From Haliotis cracherodii (Eukaryota): a stretch of 64,000 nucleotides of DNA. The stretch's first letter is position 1; each line of letters starts with the position of its first letter. The position numbers and the translations under genes are program-made. The DNA is taken from assembly GCF_022045235.1 (NCBI RefSeq), contig NW_027266266.1, positions 35,464,001 to 35,528,000 of the forward strand. Direction: 5' to 3'. The notes under the pieces are model-generated. The model saw only the letters and a list, made by a program, of their open reading frames with translations, was not told the DNA's origin and searched no databases. Below, one piece after another: positions 51,301 through 64,000 of the stretch.

Positions 51301-54300
51301 AGAGAGACAGATATTGAATACAGTGAGACACTGACACACGGAGAAACAGATATTGAATACACAGAGACACTGACACACGGAGAAACAGATATTGAATACA
51401 CAGAGACACTGACACACGGAGAAACAGATATTGGATACACAGAGACACTGACACACGGAGAAACAGATATTGAATACACAGAGACACTGACACACGGAGA
51501 AACAGATATTGAATACACAGAGACACTGAGACACGGAGAAACAGATATTGAATACACAGAGACACTGACACACGGAGAAACAGATATTGAATACACAGAG
51601 ACACTGACACACGGAGAAACAGATATTGGATACACAGAGACACTGACACACGGAGAAACAGATATTGAATACAGTGAGACACTGACACACGGAGAAACAG
51701 ACATTGGATACAGTGAGACACTGACACACGGAGAAACAGATATTGAATACACAGAGACACTGACACACGGAGAAAGAGATATTGAATACACAGAGACACT
51801 GACACACGGAGAAACAGATATTGAATACACAGAGACACTGACACACGGAGAAACAGATATTGAATACACAGAGACACTGACACACGGAGAAACAGACATT
51901 AGATACACAGAGACACTGAGACACGGAGAAACAGATATTGAATACACAGAGACACTGACACACGGAGAAACAGACATTGGATACAGTGAGACACTGACAC
52001 ACGGAGAAACAGATATTGAATACACAGAGACACTGACACACGGAGAAACAGATATTGAATACACAGAAACACTGACACAAGGAGAAACAGACATTGGATA
52101 CACAGAGACTCTGACACACGGAGAAACAGATATTGAATACACAGAGACACTGACACACGGAGAAACAGATATTGAATACACAGAGACACTGACACACGGA
52201 GAAACAGACATTGGATACACAGAGACACTGACACACGGAGAAACAGATATTGAATACACAGAGACACTGACACACGGAGAAAGAGATATTGAATACACAG
52301 AGACACTGACACACGGAGAAACAGATATTGAATACACAGAGACACTGACACACGGAGAAACAGATATTGAATACACAGAGACACTGACACACGGAGAAAC
52401 AGACATTGGATACACAGAGACACTGAGACACGGAGAAACAGATATTGGATACAGTGAGACATTGACACACGGAGAAACAGACATTGGATACAGTGAGACA
52501 CTGACACACGGAGAAACAGATATTGAATACACAGAGACACTGACACACGGAGAAACAGATATTGGATACAGTGAGACACTGACACACCGAGAGACAGATA
52601 TTGGATACAGTGAGACACTGGCACACAGAGAGACAGACATTGGATACACAGAGACACTGACATACGGAGAAACAGACATTGGATACACAGAGACACTGAC
52701 ACACGGAGAAACAGGCATTGAATACACAGAGACATTGACACACGGAGAAACAGACATTTGATACACAGAGACACTGACACACGGAGAAACAGACATTGGA
52801 TTCAGTGAGACACTGACACACGGAGATACAGACATTGACCACACAGAGACACTGACATACGGAGAAACAGGCATTGACCACACAGAGACACTAACACACG
52901 GAGAAACAGGCATTGACCACACAGAGACACTGACACACCGAGAAACAGACATTGGATTCACAGAGACACTGACACACAGAGAGACAGATATTGAATACAG
53001 TGAGACACTGACACACGGAGAAACAGATATTGAATACACAGAGACACTGACACACGGAGAAACAGGCATTGGATACACAGAGACACTGACACACGGAGAA
53101 ACAGATATTGGATACACAGAGACACTGACACACGGAGAAACAGATATTGAATACACAGAGACACTGACACACGGAGAAACAGATATTGAATACACAGAGA
53201 CACTGACACACGGAGAAACAGATATTGAATACACAGAGACACTGAGACACGGAGAAACAGATATTGAATACACAGAGACACTGAGACACGGAGAAACAGA
53301 TATTGAATACACAGAGACACTGACACACGGAGAAACAGATATTGGATACACAGAGACACTGACACACGGAGAAACAGATATTGAATACACAGAGACACTG
53401 ACACACGGAGAAACAGACATTGGATACAGTGAGACACTGACACACGGAGAAACAGATATTGAATACACAGAGACATTGACACACGGAGAAAGAGATATTG
53501 AATACACAGAGACACTGACACACGGAGAAACAGATATTGAATACACAGAGACACTGACACACGGAGAAACAGATATTGAATACACAGAGACACTGACACA
53601 CGGAGAAACAGACATTAGATACACAGAGACACTGAGACACGGAGAAACAGATATTGAATACACAGAGACACTGACACACGGAGAAACAGACATTGGATAC
53701 AGTGAGACACTGACACACGGAGAAACAGATATTGAATACACAGAGACACTGACACACGGAGAAACAGATATTGAATACACAGAGACACTGACACACGGAG
53801 AAACAGATATTGAATACACAGAGACACTGACACACGGAGAAACAGATATTGAATACACAGAGACACTGACATACGGAGAAACAGACATTAGATACACAGA
53901 GACACTGAGACACGGAGAAACAGATATTGAATACACAGAGACACTGAGACACGGAGAAACAGATATTGAATACACAGAGACACTGACACACGGAGAAACA
54001 GATATTGAATACACAGAGACACTGACACACAGAGAAACAGATATTGAATACACAGAGACACTGACACACGGAGAAACAGATATTGAATACACAGAGACAC
54101 TGAGACACGGAGAAACAGATATTGAATACACAGAGACACTGACACACGGAGAAACAGATATTGAATACACAGAGACACTGACACACGGAGAAACAGACAT
54201 TGGATACACAGAGACACTGAGACACGGAGAAACAGATATTGAATACACAGAGACACTGACACACGGAGAAACAGACATTGGATACAGTGAGACACTGACA

Positions 54301-57300
54301 CACGCAGAAACAGATATTGAATACACAGAGACACTGACAAACGGAGAAACAGATATTGAATACACAGAGACACTGACACACGGAGAAACAGACATTGGAT
54401 ACAGTGAGACACTGAGACACGGAGAAACAGATATTAAATAAAAAAGAGACACTGACACACGGAGAAACAGATATTGAATACACAGAGACACTGACACACG
54501 GAGAAACAGATATTGAATACACAGAGACACTGACACACGGAGAAACAGATATTGAATACACAGAGACACTGACACACGGAGAAATAGATATTGAATACAC
54601 AGAGACACTGACACACGGAGAAACAGACATTGGATACAGTGAGACACTGAGACACGGAGAAACAGATATTGAATACACAGAGACACTGACACACGGAGAA
54701 ACAGACACTGGATACAGTGAGACACTGACACACGGAGAAACAGATATTGAATACACAGAGACACTGAGACACGGAGAAACAGATATTGAATACACAGAGA
54801 CACTGACACACGGAGAAACAGACATTGGATACACAGAGACACTGAGACACGGAGAAACAGATATTGAATACACAGAGACACTGACACACGGAGAAACAGA
54901 CATTGGATACAGTGAGACACTGACACACGGAGAAACAGATATTGAATACACAGAGACACTGAGACACGGAGAAACAGATATTGAATACACAGAGACACTG
55001 ACACACGGAGAAACAGACATTGGATACAGTGAGACACTGAGACACGGAGAAACAGATATTGGATACACAGAGACACTGACACACTGAGAAACAGACATTG
55101 GATACAGTGAGACACTGACACACGTAGAAACAGATATTGAATACACAGAGACACTGACACACGGAGAAACAGATATTGAATACACAGAGACACGGACACA
55201 CGGAGAAACAGACATTGGATACACAGAGACACTGAGACACGGAGAAACAGATATTGAATACACAGAGACACTGACACACGGAGAAACAGACATTGGATAC
55301 AATGAGACACTGACACACGGAGAAACAGATATTGAATACACAGAGACACTGACACACGGAGAAACAGATATTGAATACACAGAGACACTGACACACGGAG
55401 AAACAGACATTGAATACAGTGAGACACTGACACACGGAGAAACAGATATTGGATACACAGAGACACTGAGACACGGAGAAACAGAAATTGGATACAGTGA
55501 GACACTGACACACGGAGAAACAGATATTGAATACACAGAGACACTGACACACGGAGAAACAGATATTGAATACACAGAGACACTGACACACGGAGAAACA
55601 GATATTGAATACACAGAGACAATGACACACGGAGAAACAGACATTAGATACACAGAGACACTGAGACACGGAGAAACAGATATTGAATACACAGAGACAC
55701 TGACACACGGAGAAACAGATATTGAATACACAGAGACACTGACACACGGAGAAACAGATATTGGATACACAGAGACACTTACACACGGAGAAAAAGATAT
55801 TGAATACAGAGAGACACTGACACACGGAGAAACAGACATTGGATACAGTAAGACACTGACATACGGAGAAACAGATATTGAATACACAGAGACACTGACA
55901 CACGGAGAAACAGATATTGAATACACAGAGACACTGACACACGGAGAAACAGATATTGAATACACAGAGACACTGACACACGGAGAAACAGGCATTGAAT
56001 ACACAGAGACACTGACACACGGAGAAACAGACATTTGATACACAGAGACACTGACACACGGAGAAACAGACATTGGATACAGTGAGACACTGACACACGG
56101 AGATACAGACATTGACCACACAGAGACACTCACACACGGAGAAACACGCATTGACCACACAGAGACACTGACACACGGAGAAACAGGCATTGACCACACA
56201 GAGACACTGACACACGGAGAAACAGACATTGGATTCACAGAGACACTGACACACAGAGAGACAGATATTGAATACACAGAGACACTGACACACGGAGAAA
56301 CAGATATTGAATACACAGAGACACTGACACACGGAGAAACAGATATTGAATACACAGAGACACTGACACACGGAGAAACAGATATTGGATACACAGAGAC
56401 ACTGACACACGGAGAAACAGATATTGAATACACAGAGACACTGACACACGGAGAAACAGATATTGAATACACAGAGACACTGAGACACGGAGAAACAGAT
56501 ATTGAATACACAGAGACACTGACACACGGAGAAACAGATATTGAATACACAGAGACACTGACACACGGAGAAACAGATATTGGATACACAGAGACACTGA
56601 CACACGGAGAAACAGATATTGAATACACAGAGACACTGACACACGGAGAAACAGACATTGGATACAGTGAGACACTGACACACGGAGAAACAGATATTGA
56701 ATACACAGAGACACTGACACACGGAGAAACAGATATTGAATACACAGAGACACTGACACACGGAGAAACAGATATTGAATACACAGAGACACTGACACAC
56801 GGAGAAACAGATATTGAATACACAGAGACACTGACACACGGAGAAACAGACATTGGATACACAGAGACACTGAGACACGGAGAAACAGATATTGAATACA
56901 CAGAGACACTGACACACGGAGAAACAGACATTGGATACAGTGAGACACTGACACACCGAGAAACAGATATTGAATACACAGAGACACTGAGACACGGAGA
57001 AACAGATATTGAATACACAGAGACACTGACACACGGAGAAACAGATATTGAATACACAGAGACACTGACACACGGAGAAACAGATATTGAATACACAGAG
57101 ACACTGACACACAGAGAAACAGACATTAGATACACAGAGACACTGAGACACGGAGAAACAGATATTGAATACACAGAGACACTGACACACGGAGAAACAG
57201 ATATTGAATACACAGAGACACTGACACACGGAGAAACAGATATTGGATACACAGAGACACTGACACACGGAGAAACAGATATTGAATACACAGAGACACT

Positions 57301-58660
57301 GACACACGGAGAAACAGATATTGAATACACAGAGACACTGACACACGGAGAAACAGATATTCAATACACAGAGACACTGACACACGGAGAAATAGATATT
57401 GAATACACAGAGACACTGACACACGGAGAAACAGACATTGGATACACAGAGACACTGAGACACGGAGAAACAGATATTGAATACACAGAGAAACAGACAC
57501 ACGGAGAAACAGACACTGGATACAGTGAGACACTGACACACGCAGAAACAGATATTGAATACACAGAGACACTGAGACACGGAGAAACAGATATTGAATA
57601 CACAGAGACACTGACACACGGAGAAACAGACATTGGATACACAGAGACACTGAGACACGGAGAAACAGATATTGAATACACAGAGACACTGACACACGGA
57701 GAAACAGACATTGGATACAGTGAGACACTGACACACGGAGAAACAGATATTGAATACACAGAGACACTGAGACACGGAGAAACAGATATTGAATACACAG
57801 AGACACTGACACACGGAGAAACAGACATTGGATACAGTGAGACACTGAGACACGGAGAAACAGATATTGGATACACAGAGACACTGACACACGGAGAAAC
57901 AGACATTGGATACACAGAGACACTGACACACGGAGAAACAGACATTGGAGACACAGAGACACTGACACACGGAGAAACAGATATTGAATACACAGAGACA
58001 CTGACACACCAAGAAACAGACATTGGATACACAGAGACTCTGACACACGGAGAAACAGACATTTGATACAGTGAGACACTGAGACACGGAGAAACAGACA
58101 TTGAATACACAGAGACACTGACACACCGAGAGACAGATATTGGATACACAGAGACACTGACACACGGAGAAACAGACATTGGATACACATAGAAACTGAC
58201 ACACGGAGAAACAGATATTGGATACAGTGAGACACTGACACACGGAGAAACAGGCATTGACCACACAGAGACACTGACACACGGAGAAACAGACATTGGA
58301 GACACAGAGACACTGACACACGGAGAAACAGATATTGAATACACAGAGACACTGACACACCAAGAAACAGACATTGGATACACAGAGACTCTGACACACG
58401 GAGAAACAGACATTTGATACAGTGAGACACTGAGACACGGAGAAACAGACATTGAATACACAGAGACGCTGACACACCGAGAGACAGATATTGGATACAC
58501 AGAGACACTGACACACGGAGAAACAGACATTGGATACACATAGAAACTGACACACGGAGAAACAGATATTGGATACAGTGAGACACTGACACACGGAGAA
58601 ACAGGCATTGACTACACAGAAACACTGACACACGGAGAAACAGACATTGAATACACAGAG
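48370..58660. repeat. 39-bp satellite (gacacacggagaaacagatattgaatacacagagacact)n, ~264 copies, with higher-order structure
   Basis: Direct periodicity over 10.3 kb; variant blocks recur 2808 bp apart. Confidence 0.97.
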
Positions 58661-61600
58661 GGGTAGTCTGTTAGAGACGACAGTCTGTTAGAGACGACAA
58701 TCTGTTAGAGGGGACAGTCTGTTAGAGAGGACAGCCTGTTAGAGGGCACTGTCTCTTTGAGAGGACAATTTGTTAGAGGGGACAGTTTGTTAGAGAGCAC
58801 AGTTTGTTAGAGAGGACAGTCTTTTAGAGGGACAGTCTGTTAGAGAGGACAGTTTGTTAGAGGGGACAGTCTGTTAGAGAGGACAGTTTGTTAGAGAGGA
58901 CAGTCTGTTAGAGAGGACAGTCTGTTAGAGGGGACAGTCTGTTAGAGAGGACAGTTTGTTAGAGAGGACAGTTTGTTAGAGAGGACAGTTTGTTAGAGAG
59001 GACAGTCTGTTAGAGAGGACAGTTTGTTAGAGAGGACAGTCTGTTAGAGGGGACAGTCTGTTAGAGAGGACAGTTTGTTAGAGGGGACAGTCTGTTAGAG
59101 AGGACAGTTTGTTAGAGAGGACAGTTTGTAAAGAGGACAGTTTGTTAGAGAGGACAGTTTGTTAGAGGGGACAGTCTGTTAGAGAGGACAGTTTGTTAGA
59201 GAGGACAGTCTGTTAGAGAGGACAGTCTGTTAGAGGGGACAGTCTGTTAGAGAGGACAGTTTGTTAGAGAGGACAGTTTGTTAGAGAGGACAGTTTGTTA
59301 GAGAGGACAGTCTGTTAGAGAGGACAGTTTGTTAGAGAGGACAGTCTGTTAGAGGGGACAGTCTGTTAGAGAGGACAGTTTGTTAGAGGGGACAGTCTGT
59401 TAGAGAGGACAGTTTGTTAGAGAGGACAGTTTGTAAAGAGGACAGTTTGTTAGAGAGGACAGTTTGTTAGAGAGGACAGTCTGTTAGAGGGGACAGTCTG
59501 TTAGAGAGGACAGTTTGTTAGAGAGGACAGTCTGTTAGAGAGGACAGTTTGTTAGAGAGGACAGTCTGTTAGAGGGGACAGTCTGTTAGAGAGGACAGTT
59601 TGTTAGAGAGGACAGTCTGTTAGAGAGGACAGTTTGTTAGAGAGGACAGTCTGTTAGAGGGGACAGTCTGTTAGAGAGGGCAGTCTGCTAGAGAGGACAG
59701 TTTGTTAGAGGGGACAGTCTGTTAGAGAGGACAGTTTGTTAGAGAGGACAGTCTGTTAGAGAGGACAGTCTGTTAGAGGGGACAGTCTGTTAGAGAGGAC
59801 AGTTTGTTAGAGGGGACAGTCTGTTAGAGAGGACAGTTTGTTAGAGAGGACAGTCTGTTAGAGAGGACAGTCTGTTAGAGGGGACAGTCTGTTAGAGAGG
59901 ACAGTTTGTTAGAGAGGACAGTTTGTTAGAGAGGACAGTTTGTTAGAGAGGACAGTCTGTTAGAGAGGACAGTTTGTTAGAGAGGACAGTCTGTTAGAGG
60001 GGACAGTCTGTTAGAGAGGACAGTTTGTTAGAGGGGACAGTCTGTTAGAGAGGACAGTTTGTTAGAGAGGACAGTTTGTAAAGAGGACAGTTTGTTAGAG
60101 AGGACAGTTTGTTAGAGGGGACAGTCTGTTAGAGAGGACAGTTTGTTAGAGAGGACAGTCTGTTAGAGAGGACAGTCTGTTAGAGGGGACAGTCTGTTAG
60201 AGAGGACAGTTTGTTAGAGAGGACAGTTTGTTAGAGAGGACAGTTTGTTAGAGAGGACAGTCTGTTAGAGAGGACAGTTTGTTAGAGAGGACAGTCTGTT
60301 AGAGGGGACAGTCTGTTAGAGAGGACAGTTTGTTAGAGGGGACAGTCTGTTAGAGAGGACAGTTTGTTAGAGAGGACAGTTTGTAAAGAGGACAGTTTGT
60401 TAGAGAGGACAGTTTGTTAGAGAGGACAGTCTGTTAGAGGGGACAGTCTGTTAGAGAGGACAGTTTGTTAGAGAGGACAGTCTGTTAGAGAGGACAGTTT
60501 GTTAGAGAGGACAGTCTGTTAGAGGGGACAGTCTGTTAGAGAGGACAGTTTGTTAGAGAGGACAGTCTATTAGAGAGGACAGTTTGTTAGAGAGGACAGT
60601 CTGTTAGAGAGGACAGTTTGTTAGAGAGGACAGTCTGTTAGAGGGGACAGTCTGTTAGAGAGGGCAGTCTGCTAGAGAGGACAGTTTGTTAGAGAGGACA
60701 GTTTGTTAGAGGGGACAGTCTGTTAGAGAGGACAGTTTGTTAGAGGGGACGGTCTGTTAGAGGGGACGGTCTGTTAGAGAGGACGGTCTGTTAGAGGGGA
60801 CGGTCTGTTAGAGGGGACAGAGGGGATGGTCTGTGAAAGGCGACAGAGGGGACGGTCTGTGAGAGGGGACAGAGGGGATGGTCTGTGAAAGGGGACAGAG
60901 GGGACGGTCTGTTAGAGAGGACGGTCGTTAGAGAGGACGGTCTGTTAGAGAGGACGGTCTGTTAGAGGGGACAGAGGGGATGGTCTGTGAAAGGGGACAG
61001 AGGGGACGGTCTGTTAGAGGGGACAGAGGGGACGGTCTGTTAGAGGGGACAGAGGGGACGGTCTGTTAGAGAGGACAGAGGGGACGGTCTGTTAGAGGGG
61101 ACAGAGGGGACGGTCTGTGAGAGGAGACAGAGGGGATGGTCTGTTAGAGGGGACAGAGGGGATGGTCTGTTAGAGGGGACAGAGGGGACGGTCTGTGAAA
61201 GGAGACAGAGGGGATGGTTTGTTAGAGGGGACAGAGGGGATGGTCTGTGAGAGGGGACAGAGGGGATGGTCTGTGAGAGGGGACAGTGGGGATGGTCTGT
61301 TAGAGGGGACAGAGGGGATGGTCTGTTAGAGGGGACAGTGGGGATGGTCTGTTAGAGGGGACAATCTGTTAGAGGGGACAGAGGGGACGGTCTGTGAGAG
61401 GGGACAGAGGGGATGGTCTGTGAAAGGGGACAGAGGGGACAGTCTGTTAGAGGGGACAGAGGGGATGGTCTGTTAGAGGGGACAGAGGGGACGGTCTGTT
61501 AGAGGGGACAGAGGGGATGGTCTGTGAGAGGAGACAGAGGGGACGGTCTGTTAGAGGGGACAGAGGGGATGGTCTGTTAGAGGGGACAGTCTGTTAGAGG

Positions 61601-63186
61601 GGACAGAGGGGACAGTCTGTTAGAGGGGACAGAGGGGACGGTCTGTGAGAGGAGACAGAGGGGATGGTTTGTTAGAGGGGACAGAGGGGATGGTCTGTTA
61701 GAGGGGACAGAGGGGATGGTCTGTGAAAGGGGACAGAGGGGATGGACTGTTAGAGGAGACAGAGGGGATGGTCTGTTAGAGGGGACAGAGGGGATGGTCT
61801 GTGAAAGGGGACAGAGGGGACGGTCTGTTAGATGGGGCAGAGGGGATGGTCTGTGAAAGGGGACAGAGGGGACGGTCTGTTAGATGGGACAGAGGGGACG
61901 GTCTGTTAGAGGGGACAGAGGGGACGGTCTGTTAGAGGGGCAGTCTGTTAGATGGGACAGAGGGGACGGTCTGTTAGAGGGGACAGTCTGTTAGAGGGGA
62001 CAGTCTGTTAGATGGAACAGAGGGGACGGTCTGTTAGAGGGGACGGTCTGTTAGAGGGAACAGTCTGTTAGATGGGACAGAGGGGACGGTCTGTTAGAGA
62101 GGACAGAGGGGATGGTCTGTTGGAGGGGACATAGGGGACGGTCTGTTAGAGGGGACAGAGGGGACGGTCTGTCAAAGGGGACAGAGGGGACGGACTGTTA
62201 GAGGAGACAGAGGGGATGGTCTGTTAGAGGGGACAGAGGGGATGGTCTGTGAAAGGGGACAGAGGGGACGGTCTGTTAGATGGGACAGAGGGGATGGTCT
62301 GTGAAAGGGGACAGAGGGGACGGTCTGTTAGATGGGACAGAGGGGACGGTCTGTTAGAGGGGACAGAGGGGACGGTCTGTTAGAGGGGACAGTCTGTTAG
62401 ATGGGACAGAGGGGACGGTCTGTTAGAGGGGACAGTCTGTTAGAGGGGACAGTCTGTTAGATGGGACAGAGGGGACGGTCTGTTAGAGGGGACGGTCTGT
62501 TAGAGGGGATGGTCTGTTAGATGGGACAGAGGGGACGGTCTGTTAGAGAGGACAGAGGGGATGGTCTGTTGGAGGGGACATAGGGGACGGTCTGTTAGAG
62601 GGGACAGAGGGGACGGTCTGTCAAAGGGGAGAGAGGGGACGGTCTGTTAGGTGGGGCAGAGGGGACGGTCTGTTGGCGGGGACGGTCTGTTAAAGGGGAC
62701 AGAGGGGGTGGTTTGTTAGAGGGGACGGTCTGTTAGAGGGGACAGAGGGGATGGTCTGTTAGAGGGGACAGAGGGGATGGTTTCTTAGAGGGAACAGAGG
62801 GGACAGTCTGTTAGAGGGGACAGAGGTGACGGTATGTTAGAGGGCACAGAGGGGACCGACTGTTAGAGGGGACAGAGGGGACGGTCTGTTAGAGGGGACA
62901 GAGGGATGGTCTGTTGAGGGGGACAGAGGGGACGGACTGTTAGAGGGGACAGAGGTGACGGTCTGTTAGAGGGGACAGAGGGGATGGTCTGTTGAAGGGT
63001 ACAGAGGGGACGGTCCGTTAGAGGGGACGATCTGTTAATGGGGACAGAGGGGATGGTCTGTTAAAGGGGACAGTCTGTTAGAGGGGACAGAGGGGACGGT
63101 CTGTTAGAGGGGACGGTCTGTTAAAGGGGAGAGAGGGGATGGTCTGTTAGAGGGGACAGAGGGGATGGTCCGTTAGAGGGGACAGT
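58661..63186. repeat. 17-bp satellite (tagagaggacagtYtgt)n grading into a G-rich 26-bp variant (agaggggacagaggggacggtctgtt) from ~60800
   Basis: Direct periodicity; abuts the 39-bp satellite with no spacer. Confidence 0.97.
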
Positions 63187-63429
63187 GTTTTTGTGAATGA
63201 GTGAGTATAGCTTTATCCCGCTTTCAACCACCAGGCGACATCACAGCCTGTTAGAGACCACATGTTACGTGATAGATAGAATCTCCAAGATTCTCAAATA
63301 AATATACAAATGAATTCCAGTTTCTTATCTGGGTGGCATGGAGACGGGCTGATAATGAGACACTTTACGTGTGAATAGGAAATTCGATACTTCTGTAAAT
63401 CACATTGCAATGGCTTGGTCAAGGAAATA

Positions 63430-63550
63430 TTGCCAATGTGACGTTATCCAATACGGACACACGAGGCGAATCACGTGACGCTGAGCAGATGATGACAACC
63501 CACAGTAACCTGGGTATATAGCCATGCTCCCTCATGTTCATCTCACAGTG
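63430..63550 (+). promoter_or_regulatory. Candidate core promoter of the 63571 gene
   Basis: TATATA at 63515-63520, two CCAAT motifs (~63433, ~63448), a CRE-like TGACGT (~63439) and an E-box TCACGTGA (~63471), all within 140 bp of the ATG. Confidence 0.45.
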
Positions 63551-63570
63551 GAGCCATCTGTCTTTCTAAA

Positions 63571-63670
63571 ATGACCATGAATATGATGATAGCTGCCTTT
63601 TGCCTTGTCAGTTTTTCACTGACCACTGCGACCTTCACGAGGACTTCCAGTGGGTCTCGTCGGGCACGCG
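63571..63670 (+). CDS. First coding exon of a secreted protein gene that runs off the window
   Basis: ATG at 63571 gives MTMNMMIAAFCLVSFSLTTATFTRTSSGSRRAR+G, a signal-peptide-like stretch followed by an RxxR motif. It ends at a perfect donor G|GTAAGT (63670/63671, phase 1). A strong acceptor gtttttcttttttcag ends at 63775. Confidence 0.65.
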
Positions 63671-64000
63671 GTAAGTTCTCTGATGTGGAGATGTTGTTAT
63701 AAAGAAATGTCAGAGGGCTAACTGCCTCTGATCAGCGGATAGAACATGTATACAAGATAAGTTTTTCTTTTTCAGGAGATTCACAGGTCAAGTCAGTAAC
63801 AACTCTTATCGTCACAGTTTGCTCTAACCGTAGAAACTAAAACGAGTTCAGTAAAAAATCAGTGAGCATCACATGTCCAATAGCTTTGCTACATCACCAG
63901 CTTTATGAATTATTGCAAAGTAGGGTCCGCTATAAAAATAATATCTTTTGGGCGTATCTGCATGTTCTCAGTTACGTGATGGCTGTGGTTGTGGTAGTGG

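Noticed and set aside
48236-58633. Very long ORFs (up to 2429 aa; Cys/Ser/Val-rich or THGETDIEYTETL repeats)
   Set aside because: They arise from a 39-bp satellite with no stop codons in several frames on both strands. There is no unique N- or C-terminus, and the reading frame shifts at 54434-54445.

Overview
Eukaryotic (metazoan) intron-containing genomic DNA. The SINE complement and gene content suggest a mollusc, possibly a gastropod such as abalone (inference only). About half of the window is tandem mini/microsatellite, and this explains nearly all long ORFs in the ORF track. Reading splice sites by hand gives the following genes, which the ORF track fragments or misses. (1) Two tandem + strand paralogues, each with 5 coding exons, encode small secreted proteins with two EF-hands (141 aa, 12370-17937; 140 aa, 32899-39318) and have identical intron phases. 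(2) A 3-exon minus-strand gene (45205-43719) encodes a secreted 307-aa short collagen-like protein in which Thr, not Pro/Hyp, occupies about half of the Y positions. (3) The first exon of another secreted-protein gene lies at the right edge (63571-63670). (4) An intronless, frameshifted Cys-loop (nAChR-like) receptor pseudogene lies between the EF-hand paralogues. Mobile DNA includes a decayed Tc1/mariner with TIRs, a MITE with a 9-bp TSD, LINE remnants (one nested inside a SINE) and at least three SINE families. The most interesting signal is the Thr/Tyr-rich, Pro-poor mini-collagen located next to secreted EF-hand paralogues. This is a candidate extracellular-matrix or biomineralisation locus.
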